A program made the position numbers and the translations under genes. Under the pieces are notes generated by a model. That model was not told where the DNA came from. It made no database searches and saw only the letters and a program-made list of their open reading frames with translations. Positions 1 to 10,746 of a stretch of DNA of 64,000 bases are shown here, piece by piece. Position 1 is the first letter of the stretch. Each line of letters opens with the position of its first letter. The DNA is taken from contig CAXXKA010000008.1 of assembly GCA_963668625.2 (NCBI GenBank), forward strand, positions 320,001-384,000, read 5' to 3'. The stretch comes from an uncultured candidate division Zixibacteria bacterium. Lineage in GTDB: Bacteria > Zixibacteria > MSB-5A5 > UBA10806 > 4484-95.

Positions 1-1
1 C

Positions 2-253
2 CGTGGTATCATCCCATGCCCACTCGTAACCTATCACTTCACCGTCAGGATCATCGCCATACCAGTGCAACACCAGCATACTCGCCGAGGTGTCGGGCAT
101 GGCCGTGGAATCGATAACTCCGAGAGAGTCACCGATTGCCAAAAATAGATGAGTATCGGGCGGCCTGTTAGGATTCGGATTCGATACTTTCTTATCCGTA
201 CAGGCCGCCAGACCCATCATTATCGCCAGTAGAAAAATTATTAATTTCTTCAA
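2..253 (-). CDS. Lipoprotein, 5' part only (runs off window edge)
   Basis: Not in ORF track. TTG start at 253 reads MKKLIIFLLAIMMGLAAC-TDKKVSNPNPNRPPDTHLF...WYGDDPDGEVIGYEWAWDD; LAAC lipobox; directly follows the 665-aa gene. Confidence 0.75.
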   Translation of the reverse strand, partial: MKKLIIFLLAIMMGLAACTDKKVSNPNPNRPPDTHLFLAIGDSLGVIDSTAMPDTSASMLVLHWYGDDPDGEVIGYEWAWDDTT

Positions 254-274
254 TTTCTATCGCAAATATTCTTG

Positions 275-2272
275 TTACTTCAACAACATCATTTGCTTGC
301 TGTCAACGAAATCACCTGCTTCGATTCGGTAGAAATATACACCGGATGCTACCGAATTGCCAAAACTATCTTCGCCATGCCAGGTGATACTGTGATTACC
401 GACCGCGACATCGCTCTGGTAAACCTCGTAGACTTTTCTGCCCAGTACGTCATATATCGAAAGCTCGACATCACACTGCTCGGCCAGAGAGAACATGATC
501 GCGGTGCTCGGGTTGAACGGGTTAGGGTAGTTCTGGCTCAAAGCGGTCTGCACAGGCAAGGCAACCTCGTCATCAACATCACCGGCATCCTGGAAATCAG
601 CATACATTCTCGGCATGAGCTGATAGTCATCGTTAGGCGGATTGTTGTATGAATACTGACCGAGGCAACCGGTAATCTGCTGCGGTACTGTCGGCATAGG
701 TTGGCCGGGGATATCAGTACCGTAATCGATTCTCATCATAAGATCACCGGTACCGTCATTTATAGTCATGGTGGCGGACTCACCACCGGCAGGCCACGGA
801 TCGGGATCAGCGGTAATGATGCAGGGTGAAAGCACAACCACGCGGCCCTCGTACAATTCACCATTACCCTCGTTAAGCTGGGCACAGGTAACGGACACAG
901 GATCGACTATTCCTTCGGCTTCGCCAAAATTAGTAATCCTGTCGACCTCGCTGACCTCGAGTTGGTTTTTGCCGTAATACTGGGCAATAACGCCGGTAGC
1001 CTGAACCGAATCGCCGATCGATATAGTAGCCTCATCGCTAAACAGTATTACATCGATACCGGCATCGTCCATCTGCATGAAGAAATCGGTGCGTCCGCTG
1101 CCGAAATTGTAACTGGTAGCGATACCTGTCAGGATAGCCGCGGAATCGAGCATATCGGGAATGAAATTTTCATCGGCATCGACTATGGCCTCGGCTATAG
1201 TCATCTCCCTCGGATTGAGTATCACGTAGGTTTTGAAATTCCACGGAGCCTCGGATGGCTCGGTACGTTCATTACCCTCATCATCATCAGCCCAGATATA
1301 GAAATCTATACGAGTACCGGCCGGTAACGGAGGTATGTTATAGAAAAAGTCGTTATCCGATCCCTCGGACATACGCACGTTTATCCAGCTTCCCAGGTTG
1401 AGCCTGTAATACAAACGAACGATATTTACTTCACCGTCAGGATCGAACACGTTGGCCGAAATATTAACCGCATCATTCTCAAAGGGGTGATCGGGATACC
1501 ATTCAATATTACCGATAATCGGCGCTCCGGACGGGAACGCGATATCCCTCATGTAACGCGGCTGCAAGTTGTAGTTATCGAAACGATGATAAACCACGCC
1601 GTTGACATACTCGAACTGCGTACCGACCGTAGGCAGGTAAGCGATGGAATCGGATGCCTCGCGTACCATAAACTGATGACCGGTGGAGTCGTGACATACC
1701 CAGGTAGCTGAGCTGGAATACACAACCAGCGAATCCACGGTTACGTCATAAACCCTGATATAACAACCCTCGAACTGCTCGGCCAAAGAATCAGCCCCGC
1801 CGGTCGAGTCGATAAGATCGGCCGTCACTACTATCGGCTCCGGTTCCGGATTACCGAACGAGTGGAAATCCCAGGTTCCCGGCACGATGAACAATTCGGT
1901 CATATTGCATGTCCATGGTGGGTCGTAGCTTGGAGAGTACCCGTATTCGCTAACCAAAGCGTCGACCGTAATCGAATCGCCCGGAATCAGGGTCGGGAAA
2001 TTATCCGGTGAGGGATTGTAAGCCATAACACCGGAAAACGGGCCGCCCTCGGCCATCTCCATGTAAAAAGTTACGCCGTCACCTGCGTAATACAGGCCGG
2101 TACCAGCCGTGACAATACCGCCCACATGAACGGTGTCACCCTCGTAATGTGAGCTATCCTCTCCAACAGGAACTTCCTGTATATCTCTAATGCTAACTTC
2201 AGGGTATTGCGCGAAACTGAATGCCGCCAATACCAGCACGCCAAGCATGGCCATAACCATAGCTTTGTTCAT
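275..2272 (-). CDS. Secreted protein with two OB-fold-like modules, an Ig-like domain and a T9SS/FlgD-type C-terminal domain
   Basis: Signal peptide (AFSFA-Q); modules starting VSIRDIQ / MTIAEA and ending LQPRYMRD / LMPRMYAD; C-terminal QNYPNPFNPST...ASGVYFYRI...KQMMLLK. Confidence 0.8.
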   Translation of the reverse strand: MNKAMVMAMLGVLVLAAFSFAQYPEVSIRDIQEVPVGEDSSHYEGDTVHVGGIVTAGTGLYYAGDGVTFYMEMAEGGPFSGVMAYNPSPDNFPTLIPGDSITVDALVSEYGYSPSYDPPWTCNMTELFIVPGTWDFHSFGNPEPEPIVVTADLIDSTGGADSLAEQFEGCYIRVYDVTVDSLVVYSSSATWVCHDSTGHQFMVREASDSIAYLPTVGTQFEYVNGVVYHRFDNYNLQPRYMRDIAFPSGAPIIGNIEWYPDHPFENDAVNISANVFDPDGEVNIVRLYYRLNLGSWINVRMSEGSDNDFFYNIPPLPAGTRIDFYIWADDDEGNERTEPSEAPWNFKTYVILNPREMTIAEAIVDADENFIPDMLDSAAILTGIATSYNFGSGRTDFFMQMDDAGIDVILFSDEATISIGDSVQATGVIAQYYGKNQLEVSEVDRITNFGEAEGIVDPVSVTCAQLNEGNGELYEGRVVVLSPCIITADPDPWPAGGESATMTINDGTGDLMMRIDYGTDIPGQPMPTVPQQITGCLGQYSYNNPPNDDYQLMPRMYADFQDAGDVDDEVALPVQTALSQNYPNPFNPSTAIMFSLAEQCDVELSIYDVLGRKVYEVYQSDVAVGNHSITWHGEDSFGNSVASGVYFYRIEAGDFVDSKQMMLLK

Positions 2273-2285
2273 CTTGTACTCCTTT

Positions 2286-4427
2286 TCATTTAATGATAAC
2301 TATCTTTCCTCGTTGTACATCCCCCGAAACATCGTTCTTTACCGTATATAAATACATACCAGTTGCCAATGCTTGGTCAGCCTCCGAGACAACATCCCAG
2401 CTATGCATACCGCCGGAAAATTCTATGTCGCCCTCGGCGAAATCCTCATACCAGGCTATATCATCGCCGTTATACGTATCTGAGTCATGAGAAAACGCAT
2501 CGACGATTTCGCCCGCCAGAGTGTAAATCGTTACTGTACACTTATTGGGAAGATTATAAAAATGTATCATTCTTTGACGTTCCTTCGGGCCATCGGCGCT
2601 TCGACCATCCCAGCTCGCGAAAGAACGATAGGGATTAGGAAACACTCCGACCTTAGCATCCGCAGCAGCAGCCTCGGGGCCGGGAAACACTCTATTATAG
2701 TTAACCAGCGGACTCGATTCGAGGCTCTCGAGGTTATTAGCCGGATCGCCCGTATCGAATGCTGTTACGGAATAAATATACTGCCAACCGTTCAATAAAT
2801 CATTATTGGTTAATTTATAATACATCGAATCGCCATCGATTACTACTGGCATATCCAGCCTGACATACTCCAGGCCGGTATTAAACCCGATTGAATCAAC
2901 CAGGTCGAACTGGCCTATCATCTGCAACAGGTCTTTCAATCCCTGGCTTTGATTATCCTGAGTAATCCGGGCGCGATAAATTCGATACCCTTCGAAATCA
3001 GCTCTGCCCAAAACCGGGTCGACATAAGATTCAGGCGAGTTATCCCAATAAACCTCAACCGTATTATCCAGGGCCCGTACTTTCATGGTAGGCGGCGGCG
3101 GGGCAGAGGGTAAAATATACCTATCTATGATTCCATTAGGCGGCGTTCCTCCGGGCCCCTCCTGATCCTCGCCGGGATCGAGAATACCATTAGAATTTTT
3201 ATCTTCACCGTCATAAGCGATCTGCGCCCATCTGGCGTTATTTACGAGATTCGTTTTTGATAATTCGGTATCATCGCCGATCGGATCGGGGCCGAATTTA
3301 GACGCGCACACCAGGGCGAACACGACCTGCATGGTTGAATCGGGCATTAAGGTCGGAAACGGCCCGGTCGATATCAACATAGTCCAGTTGCTCGAGGCGT
3401 AGCAGTCGGCCGACCAACCGCTGCGAGGTGTATCGTTAAAGCCGTTGGAAAGTCTATCGTAACGAGTGTTATCGCTTACCGGAGCGATAAACCACAAATT
3501 CGGATCACTGGAGTTATTCCATTTCCAGATATTATAATTGACTGCCGCCGAGTCGGTATACAGTATCCGGTTATCGAACTCATCCCGATAAGCGGGCGGT
3601 GTACTACCGAGCACCCTGCAGCCAATGTAACTTTCAGCGAAACCGTCATCGCCATCGTTTTCGTATGAATAACCCATTGCCATACTATCGATAAAATTAC
3701 AGGGATCATCATAGAAACTCCAACTCCTGTTTGGGCCGCTAAAAGGAGTCAACTCGGCATTTCCTATAGTGGGCTCGTACCAGTAACCAACCCAGATATC
3801 GTCAATAGGTGAGTCGCTATTATTGGTTATATCAAATGAAAAAATCACGAAAGCATCGGCAAACGGTAAACTCCAGGAGTATGTCTCCTGATGCACGTCG
3901 ATACCGAATGGATCATGGTTGGGAATTTCAGATTGGTTACCGTAGGCATCCACGACGAATCTGGAGGAGTCGGAGAAATCACAAATAAAATCCTGATGGC
4001 TTATCGCCTCGGGGTGGAAAAAACGAGAGCTTGTCAAGCTGGAGCGCTCTTCTATCTGGTAGATAACCGAGCCGGTATCGCGAGTGGTAAATTCGAATCC
4101 CTCGGTGCCCTCCGCTTCCGGGTATGCATCAACGGCGCCCGTTGAAACTTTACGTTGACCGTTTTGCTCTCCACCGAACCACAGGCCTCCCATCCACAAA
4201 TGCTCTATACTGGAGCCGATGGGATATTCACACGAGGGCTGATCATCTTTTTGAAAAGCCGTACCGTAGACCCCGTAGTTGGTGATTGTTAGGCTAATAT
4301 CCCCAATTGTGGTATAGTGTGTATCGTCATCAAGGGCTATTGATGAGTAACCTGCTATAACCATCGATAATACCGCAATGCTCATGATGATGAGACTTTT
4401 TATATTTCTTTTTTCGGATGATTTCAT
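2286..4427 (-). CDS. Secreted hypothetical protein with Fn3-like domain and C-terminal sorting-like domain
   Basis: Signal peptide; acidic Ca-binding-like DGEDKNSNGILDPGED; APPPP...VYWD...DFEGYRIYR Fn3-like segment; VFPNPY...ATGMYLY...GKIVIIK tail. Confidence 0.75.
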   Translation of the reverse strand: MKSSEKRNIKSLIIMSIAVLSMVIAGYSSIALDDDTHYTTIGDISLTITNYGVYGTAFQKDDQPSCEYPIGSSIEHLWMGGLWFGGEQNGQRKVSTGAVDAYPEAEGTEGFEFTTRDTGSVIYQIEERSSLTSSRFFHPEAISHQDFICDFSDSSRFVVDAYGNQSEIPNHDPFGIDVHQETYSWSLPFADAFVIFSFDITNNSDSPIDDIWVGYWYEPTIGNAELTPFSGPNRSWSFYDDPCNFIDSMAMGYSYENDGDDGFAESYIGCRVLGSTPPAYRDEFDNRILYTDSAAVNYNIWKWNNSSDPNLWFIAPVSDNTRYDRLSNGFNDTPRSGWSADCYASSNWTMLISTGPFPTLMPDSTMQVVFALVCASKFGPDPIGDDTELSKTNLVNNARWAQIAYDGEDKNSNGILDPGEDQEGPGGTPPNGIIDRYILPSAPPPPTMKVRALDNTVEVYWDNSPESYVDPVLGRADFEGYRIYRARITQDNQSQGLKDLLQMIGQFDLVDSIGFNTGLEYVRLDMPVVIDGDSMYYKLTNNDLLNGWQYIYSVTAFDTGDPANNLESLESSPLVNYNRVFPGPEAAAADAKVGVFPNPYRSFASWDGRSADGPKERQRMIHFYNLPNKCTVTIYTLAGEIVDAFSHDSDTYNGDDIAWYEDFAEGDIEFSGGMHSWDVVSEADQALATGMYLYTVKNDVSGDVQRGKIVIIK

Positions 4428-4598
4428 TACTACCGCTTTTTGATCTTTTATTAAAAAAAACTACTTCCAGTTGACTGCTATTTTTTACCTGTATTCATTA
4501 GTAATATATAAATTATTTCTTACATTAAAAGCATTATTTTACACTATTTTTGTTATTATTCCGTTAACTATTTTAGACTTAAAATTAACACTCGTATC

Positions 4599-4636
4599 AA
4601 AAAAAACGGTCGCCCCGCATAAGCGGAACGACCGTC
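4599..4636 (-). terminator. Rho-independent terminator after the 1564-aa gene
   Basis: Minus strand GACGGTCGTTCCGC-TTAT-GCGGGGCGACCG followed by a T run. Confidence 0.8.
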
Positions 4637-4649
4637 AAGAAAAACCTAC

Positions 4650-7600
4650 TTACTTCGATATGTTGAGGTTGTTATTCTGTTTAATCTGAGAGGAGGAGGT
4701 AGAGGTGGTAGAGTTATCGCAATTCGGCCAACCGGCAGGCGCGGTCGCGGGAAGCTCTTCCGGAGTGGTCCACTCGGGAGTGTAATCTTCCTCGTCGCCA
4801 ACATCATCGCCGCAATACTTGAGCGTATTAGCGCCACGGAAGTATTGGACGAGATAAGTCACGTCAGCACCGATTACAGAGCAATCGCCGTTAGCATCCG
4901 CCGAGGCATAAAATCCATCAAGCAAACACGGAGTCGATATGCCGCGGAAGTAGTTTACCAGGTAAGTAACGTCAGCGCCGATAACGTTCGGCGGCCAGGC
5001 AGTAACAGCGTACATATTGGCATCACCGGGTAGATATTCGTAATTATCTCCGCCTTCCTCACAGTTGAGGCCGGTATCGAAATCATCATTGGAGCGAGGC
5101 TGAACTCTCCAGTAGCCCCAGCGCCAGCGTACCACACCGGTTAAACCATCAATGCGCTGACCAACTTCAACGGAATCGAAATTGGTATATTTGCCGTCGA
5201 AAGCGATCGTGTCGGCATTGTCCGTCAGGGACATGATAAGTACACGAGCAGTGTCGTTGCTGGTTTCCATCGATACGATTTCGAGAGAATCGCACAACTG
5301 GACCAGGACGCCCTCGAAATTCTCGCGATAGGCATCTAAGGTGTTGTACTGGAAATCGCCGGCATCATATGTCTTGTAGGTCGGCTCAGCGACGCCACTG
5401 CCAACTATAGTAACATTTTTGAAATCATCAATATTGGAGATCTCGGTAGCGCCGTAATATTCGGTTACCTGACCCGTCAGGATAACGGTATCACCTTCAA
5501 CGGGGCGATCCATACTTGCATCCCAATACTGATAGCTGCCATAGCAAAGTACACCGTTATTAGTAGTGCCGCTAAGGTCGCTGATATAGATATTATTGTA
5601 CGTGAAAGCGGTCGTATCGGCAATGATACAGCCTCTCATGGTAATGATAGCATCGAGCAGATCACTCGGGTAGGTATTGTCTACACCAGGATCGGTGGTT
5701 GTCTGTACCATGTTGATAGGGGTAAAGCCCTGATAGAACGGGGTGCTCACGGGTGTAGTAATACCAATACCTGAGCTATCCGTGACGTTAGCCACGGTTA
5801 CCTCATCGAGAATACCGTTACCCATCGCCGGGCTGAGTGTCAGGAATACTCTGACAAGATCGGCATCCAGCGCGGCAGCCGTAACCGACAGGCCACTGGT
5901 AATAGTATAGTTACCCGGGGTTTCGGCGGAACCCTGATCCAGGGCGCGATCGAACATCACGCACAGGGTCGACTGATCGATCGGGAAGGAAGCGGTAACT
6001 GTCGGAGGAGGCACGATGTTAACCTGAAGGTCGGAATCCATACGCGGTTGAAGTTTAAGACGATCGTCGTACTGGTCGTAAGTAACTATACCGATGACAT
6101 AATCGTATACGAGGTCGGTTGACGGCGGGTAAGCCGAGAGAGTCATGTCATAGATATCGGGTCCGAGAAGTACGGAATCAGCGCCGGAACCGGAATCGGT
6201 GATCCACCATTTGCCATAACCGGGTGAACTACCAACGGTGACATCCTCGATCTGAACGAGAACACCCTCGTAAGCCTCACCGGTGAAACTGCAGTCGCCA
6301 AGCGGCAGCAGGTCACTTATGGAGATGACGAGCGGATCAGGTACGGGAGTATTCGTGCCGAGCAGGGTGTATTCGACTAACGAATCGAGTTCGGTTATAC
6401 CGACATACTCACTGACAGTGGCGCGAACCTGATAGTAATCGCCGATAGCGGCGGTTTCAAGGTCGACTTCCTGAGTGGCCGAGGTCAGATCATACCAGAG
6501 TATACCCTCATAGGTAGTACCTTCGGGATCCTGAATGAACAGACCGGTGCCCGAACCCTGGTTATCGACAGCGGTAACGACGCCGCAAACCTCGACAATA
6601 CCGGAATCGACAAAGGTTGACGGGTAGCAGTTATCGAGAATGTTATCGAAAGGATCGAACGAGTTCTGTATCTCGAAAATAGTGTTCGTAGCGGTACATT
6701 CGATAGCTTCCGTCTGGAAATCAGCAGCACTTCTGGGCTCGAGCCTGTTAGCGCTATAAGCATATTTATGAACACCGGTGATAGTGTAATATTCTTCACC
6801 GGTAGCAATCGGGAGAGAATCCAGCAGGTCGTCATCAACCAGGAATGTATCATTGCTGGCGTCAAAAGCCCAGTAACTGCCATGATCGGCTACTTCACCA
6901 ATGGTAACATTGCTGACTACGACAAGCATATTCTCATAAGCCTCGTCGGCTTCATCACAAGCATCGGTAATATCCGAGCCATCAACCAGAATCGGTGTAA
7001 CGACATTGCCGCTGGAAACCAGGGTAACATCCGTCACGTTAGTAAGCTCGGTTAAACCGTAGTACTCGGTAACATCAGCGGTAATCTCAACCAGATCACC
7101 AACCGCGAAACTTGAGAGATCATAAGAACCGGCATAAACCCAGATACCACCGTAGGTGGAAGCAGCAGGGTCCTGCAGGGACATGGCACTACCCAGAATG
7201 CCGGTAATAATACCTGTGGTGGTAATATCAGTCTCACCGCTGTGCGGACCATCATAACAATCACCACCGGTGGCAGGGTAGTTTAATTCGTTGATCGTGT
7301 AATCAACGGTGGTACCACCATCATCGATATCCGAAGAAAATCTCGGGTATACCCGGTATTTATCGTAGTAATAATGAACAATACCTACAATGTAGTCGTA
7401 AGTTTGACCCTGCACCAGATCAACTGGATTATCCGTGCCATATTTATGCATCTGGTCGTCCACAGCGCAAGAATCAGAAGCGCCGGCGGTTTTAACCCAG
7501 GCCACATTATCAGCATCGGGACCAACGACACAGGTTACATTTTCCAATTTGACCAGTACGCCTTCATAAGCCTCTGTCGAACCGTTACAATCAGCGTTAA

Positions 7601-9308
7601 GATTATCTGAAGTAACCGTGGTAGTGCAAACTGAATTACCCGTAGAATTGGTCGTTACCGACACGACACTGGAAAGCTGAGAACAGCCGTAGTATTCGGC
7701 AACCGAACCAATTACCGTGACATTATCGCCTATGCTCAGGCTATAATTATCATCATAAACATAAATACCGTTCCAATCGGTGGTGGTACAATCTTGAATG
7801 TAGAAATCAGGATAAGAACCCTGATTAATACCGGTAACCGTACCGGTAACTGAGATATTTTCAGACAAGCGAGGTGAATCATAGCAATTGCCATTAGCCT
7901 CAATCGTGTACTGAACATCATAGATTGACACTTCCTCGGGACCGCCGGCAACCAGATTGAATGAACAATCATCCACATAAACTGTAGCATCGCCGTCCCA
8001 ATTGTCGGAATCATCATAACACCTGATACCGACCTTAACGGAAGTGGCGCCTGTCGGGGCCGCCGTCGAATAGGTCATCAATTGCCAATCGGCCAGATCG
8101 GAGGAATAATTGCTTGACCATGTATTACCGGTATCCCAGGCAAAATAAATCGTGATATCGCCTGCGATATCGTTGTCGTAAACATAGAGACTACAAATAT
8201 ATGTTTCTTCAGCCGTAATTGTAAACGAATTCGAGAAAAGCTCACAGTCTGCTTGTATTTGAGAGGTCCAGGTCAGATTAGCGCTGTAGCTTCCGCCATG
8301 GACGGTGGTGCCTTCCTGGGCTCCGGTAATCGAACCGCTGGCATCCAGTTCCCAACTATCGGCAGGGCCGGTAGCACCGTTCTCGGTCCAGAGCTCGAAG
8401 TCGCCGTTCTCGAGGCTAGCGCTCGGGTAATCCGAAACGGTATAGTTATTAACGTAGGATTCTACGCGCTCACCATCGTCATCTTTAACCTGCACATAGT
8501 ATTCAACCAGAGTACCAGCCACCTGAGCCGGCATAGTATACCAGTAATAACCATCGGTAGCATCAATGCTATCGTGATATACAGCGGTATACGCCAGAGT
8601 CGGGGCTGTTGTCTGGTAGTAAAGACTGTCATCATCAATAGTGCCATCGGAATCGGTTAATTCCGACCAAACCAATACGACATCATCAGGCAATACGGTC
8701 GGGTAAGGATCACGGTAAACGAATCCTATTTCCGGGGGCTGATTCGCGCCGCCCGTTCCCTCGAACAAGGTAACATCATCGACAAAAACGGTGGCATCGC
8801 CGTCCCAATCACCCGAGATATCATACTGCCGAATAAGAATTTTGCCATAGGCAGCGCCGGCGGCGGCATTCGCTGCAAAGCTGTATTCTACCCAGGCGGC
8901 GGAATCCGAGGAATAGACGCCCGAATAACTGGCCGATAGATATGCCTGTCCTGAATCATACCACTCGAAACATAAACGAAGTCGACCGGCAATATCATTA
9001 TCATACATCCAGGCATAAACCGTATAAAGCTCTTCGCCCGTAACGGCGAACATATCGGAAACGAAATCCTGATTGGACTGTGAGGTCCAGGTCAGGTTTA
9101 CGCTATAACTGTCACCGTGAACTGTTGTGCCTTCCTGAGAACTGGTGAAATCCGAATTATCGTTAGTCCAGTTATCAGGCGGTCCACTCGTTCCACCGGT
9201 CCAGCTTTCAAAATCGCTATTAGCGATCGTAACTGGAGTCTGGGCGAAAGCGGGAATACACAATACGGCCGACATCATAATAGCCAGCAATATCTTAATC
9301 TTCATCAT
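4650..9308 (-). CDS. Very large secreted multidomain protein: 2 CBM4/9-like jelly-roll domains, Ig-like domains, 4 OB-fold-like modules, dockerin-like C-terminus
   Basis: ORF 4650..9344; ATG at 9308 follows AAAGGAAAG RBS; signal peptide; two NxDFExW repeats; four modules ending PRxxxD; duplicated GDAN...ADVTYLVxYF dockerin-like motif. Confidence 0.8.
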   Translation of the reverse strand: MMKIKILLAIMMSAVLCIPAFAQTPVTIANSDFESWTGGTSGPPDNWTNDNSDFTSSQEGTTVHGDSYSVNLTWTSQSNQDFVSDMFAVTGEELYTVYAWMYDNDIAGRLRLCFEWYDSGQAYLSASYSGVYSSDSAAWVEYSFAANAAAGAAYGKILIRQYDISGDWDGDATVFVDDVTLFEGTGGANQPPEIGFVYRDPYPTVLPDDVVLVWSELTDSDGTIDDDSLYYQTTAPTLAYTAVYHDSIDATDGYYWYTMPAQVAGTLVEYYVQVKDDDGERVESYVNNYTVSDYPSASLENGDFELWTENGATGPADSWELDASGSITGAQEGTTVHGGSYSANLTWTSQIQADCELFSNSFTITAEETYICSLYVYDNDIAGDITIYFAWDTGNTWSSNYSSDLADWQLMTYSTAAPTGATSVKVGIRCYDDSDNWDGDATVYVDDCSFNLVAGGPEEVSIYDVQYTIEANGNCYDSPRLSENISVTGTVTGINQGSYPDFYIQDCTTTDWNGIYVYDDNYSLSIGDNVTVIGSVAEYYGCSQLSSVVSVTTNSTGNSVCTTTVTSDNLNADCNGSTEAYEGVLVKLENVTCVVGPDADNVAWVKTAGASDSCAVDDQMHKYGTDNPVDLVQGQTYDYIVGIVHYYYDKYRVYPRFSSDIDDGGTTVDYTINELNYPATGGDCYDGPHSGETDITTTGIITGILGSAMSLQDPAASTYGGIWVYAGSYDLSSFAVGDLVEITADVTEYYGLTELTNVTDVTLVSSGNVVTPILVDGSDITDACDEADEAYENMLVVVSNVTIGEVADHGSYWAFDASNDTFLVDDDLLDSLPIATGEEYYTITGVHKYAYSANRLEPRSAADFQTEAIECTATNTIFEIQNSFDPFDNILDNCYPSTFVDSGIVEVCGVVTAVDNQGSGTGLFIQDPEGTTYEGILWYDLTSATQEVDLETAAIGDYYQVRATVSEYVGITELDSLVEYTLLGTNTPVPDPLVISISDLLPLGDCSFTGEAYEGVLVQIEDVTVGSSPGYGKWWITDSGSGADSVLLGPDIYDMTLSAYPPSTDLVYDYVIGIVTYDQYDDRLKLQPRMDSDLQVNIVPPPTVTASFPIDQSTLCVMFDRALDQGSAETPGNYTITSGLSVTAAALDADLVRVFLTLSPAMGNGILDEVTVANVTDSSGIGITTPVSTPFYQGFTPINMVQTTTDPGVDNTYPSDLLDAIITMRGCIIADTTAFTYNNIYISDLSGTTNNGVLCYGSYQYWDASMDRPVEGDTVILTGQVTEYYGATEISNIDDFKNVTIVGSGVAEPTYKTYDAGDFQYNTLDAYRENFEGVLVQLCDSLEIVSMETSNDTARVLIMSLTDNADTIAFDGKYTNFDSVEVGQRIDGLTGVVRWRWGYWRVQPRSNDDFDTGLNCEEGGDNYEYLPGDANMYAVTAWPPNVIGADVTYLVNYFRGISTPCLLDGFYASADANGDCSVIGADVTYLVQYFRGANTLKYCGDDVGDEEDYTPEWTTPEELPATAPAGWPNCDNSTTSTSSSQIKQNNNLNISK

Positions 9309-10067
9309 CTTTCCTTTCTCGTTGAAAGATTTACTTATCACCACAATTTCTTCTAAAAAACTTTCTTGAATTTTTAAGCCGTTAACCAGCTCATCGAATT
9401 AAGTCAGACAATTTTCCTGATTTCCATTGTCTTATTTTGTTAAGTACCATTAAAACTACATTACAACTATTATCAGAACTTCCTGATGGTGCGCGGCTAA
9501 ATATAACCGGAGTGATGCTTTTCCCCGATCGTTCACATGCAGCCAGGGCTGCCATTCGAAACGGTAATATCATGACGTGTGCTTTAAATTAAAAACATCA
9601 CTGACCCGTTCTTTCCGTATCATTAACCACGGTTAAACTTAATATCACCACCTTTTAAAAAAATCATATGAGCATGTTATTAAAGTCAGGTTAAAAGTTT
9701 TTGATTTTACTGCCATAATAATACTCTTGAAAAACCTCCGATGACAAAGCGGTAATAATATCCGCACCTGTTCCTTTGATCACGTTTACTACTTCACCGC
9801 CAACCGGTATTTTAAAACTTTCTTTTTTGTTTCCTACTGCTTCGATGTTAAATCAATAGCTAAGTATAGAATTAGCTTTAGCACACTGTTAGTCGTTTGT
9901 TAGGCTTTTGTAAAACATCTTCCAAACCGAAGTTTTTAAGTAGAAAAGTACTTTTATTTTCAGTAGCCCTCTTCATCTAAAACATGAGTTCTAGATACTT
10001 ATATTTTAATCAATTATCATGAATAATACAATAAAAATATGACAAAAAACAAGGTTAACCGATAAGC

Positions 10068-10607
10068 TTAAACTAATTTATCAAGCAATAGCCGGGCGGC
10101 TTCCGAGGCTGAGTATATAGTAGAGTCTATTTTTAATAACGGTTCTTTTTCATATGCATAATCGTAACCGAACCCCGGTAATTTCGTTAACCCCTGCTGT
10201 GCCCGTTCATACAGATTGACAATCTCCGCTCGATCAGTACGGTTTTTCTCCCTTTCGATACAAATCTCAATCGGACAATCGATCCAGACGACCTGCAAAC
10301 CCTTAATGCGCTTACGGGCCATCTGACGACCGCAACCCTGCCCGTCAACCGAATCGATGATAGCGTTAACACCATATCTGTTAAGAAGTTCGGCGGTTAG
10401 AATAGCACAGCGATAAACCAGTTCTCTTTCCTCGCGGGTAAATTGCGGATTGGGAGTAATAAACTGGCGTATTTCATCCAAACGAATATATTCGCAAACT
10501 AGCTTATTGTCATCTAATAGCTTGATGAGTTCTTTGGAAATAGTAGTCTTTCCCGAGCCGGATAGCCCGGTTACCCATAAAGTCCAGGGTTTCTCTATTG
10601 CTGTCAC
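10068..10607 (-). CDS. Adenylyl-sulfate kinase-like P-loop kinase, copy 1
   Basis: WVTGLSGSGKTT Walker A, RLDEIR, CPIEICIERE, LPG...YAYE..P; ORF extends to 10634 but GTG at 10607 lies in a GGAGTGAG context and fits the promoter position. Confidence 0.75.
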   Translation of the reverse strand: MTAIEKPWTLWVTGLSGSGKTTISKELIKLLDDNKLVCEYIRLDEIRQFITPNPQFTREERELVYRCAILTAELLNRYGVNAIIDSVDGQGCGRQMARKRIKGLQVVWIDCPIEICIEREKNRTDRAEIVNLYERAQQGLTKLPGFGYDYAYEKEPLLKIDSTIYSASEAARLLLDKLV

Positions 10608-10633
10608 CTCACTCCAAATCCTTTCAAAGCCCA

Positions 10634-10662
10634 AGATTATAAAATACGGTTGCTTATGTCAA
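10634..10662 (-). promoter_or_regulatory. Sigma70-like promoter of kinase copy 1
   Basis: TTGACA-N17-TAATCT (with overlapping TATAAT); equivalent TTGACA-N17-TATTGT at 12255-12283 before copy 2. Confidence 0.55.
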
Positions 10663-10746
10663 TAACGAATAACACTATTAACAAATAATTAACTAGGTTT
10701 ATGATGATAATTATCGTATATTGTTCCGGTTCAACAGATAGGAGAT

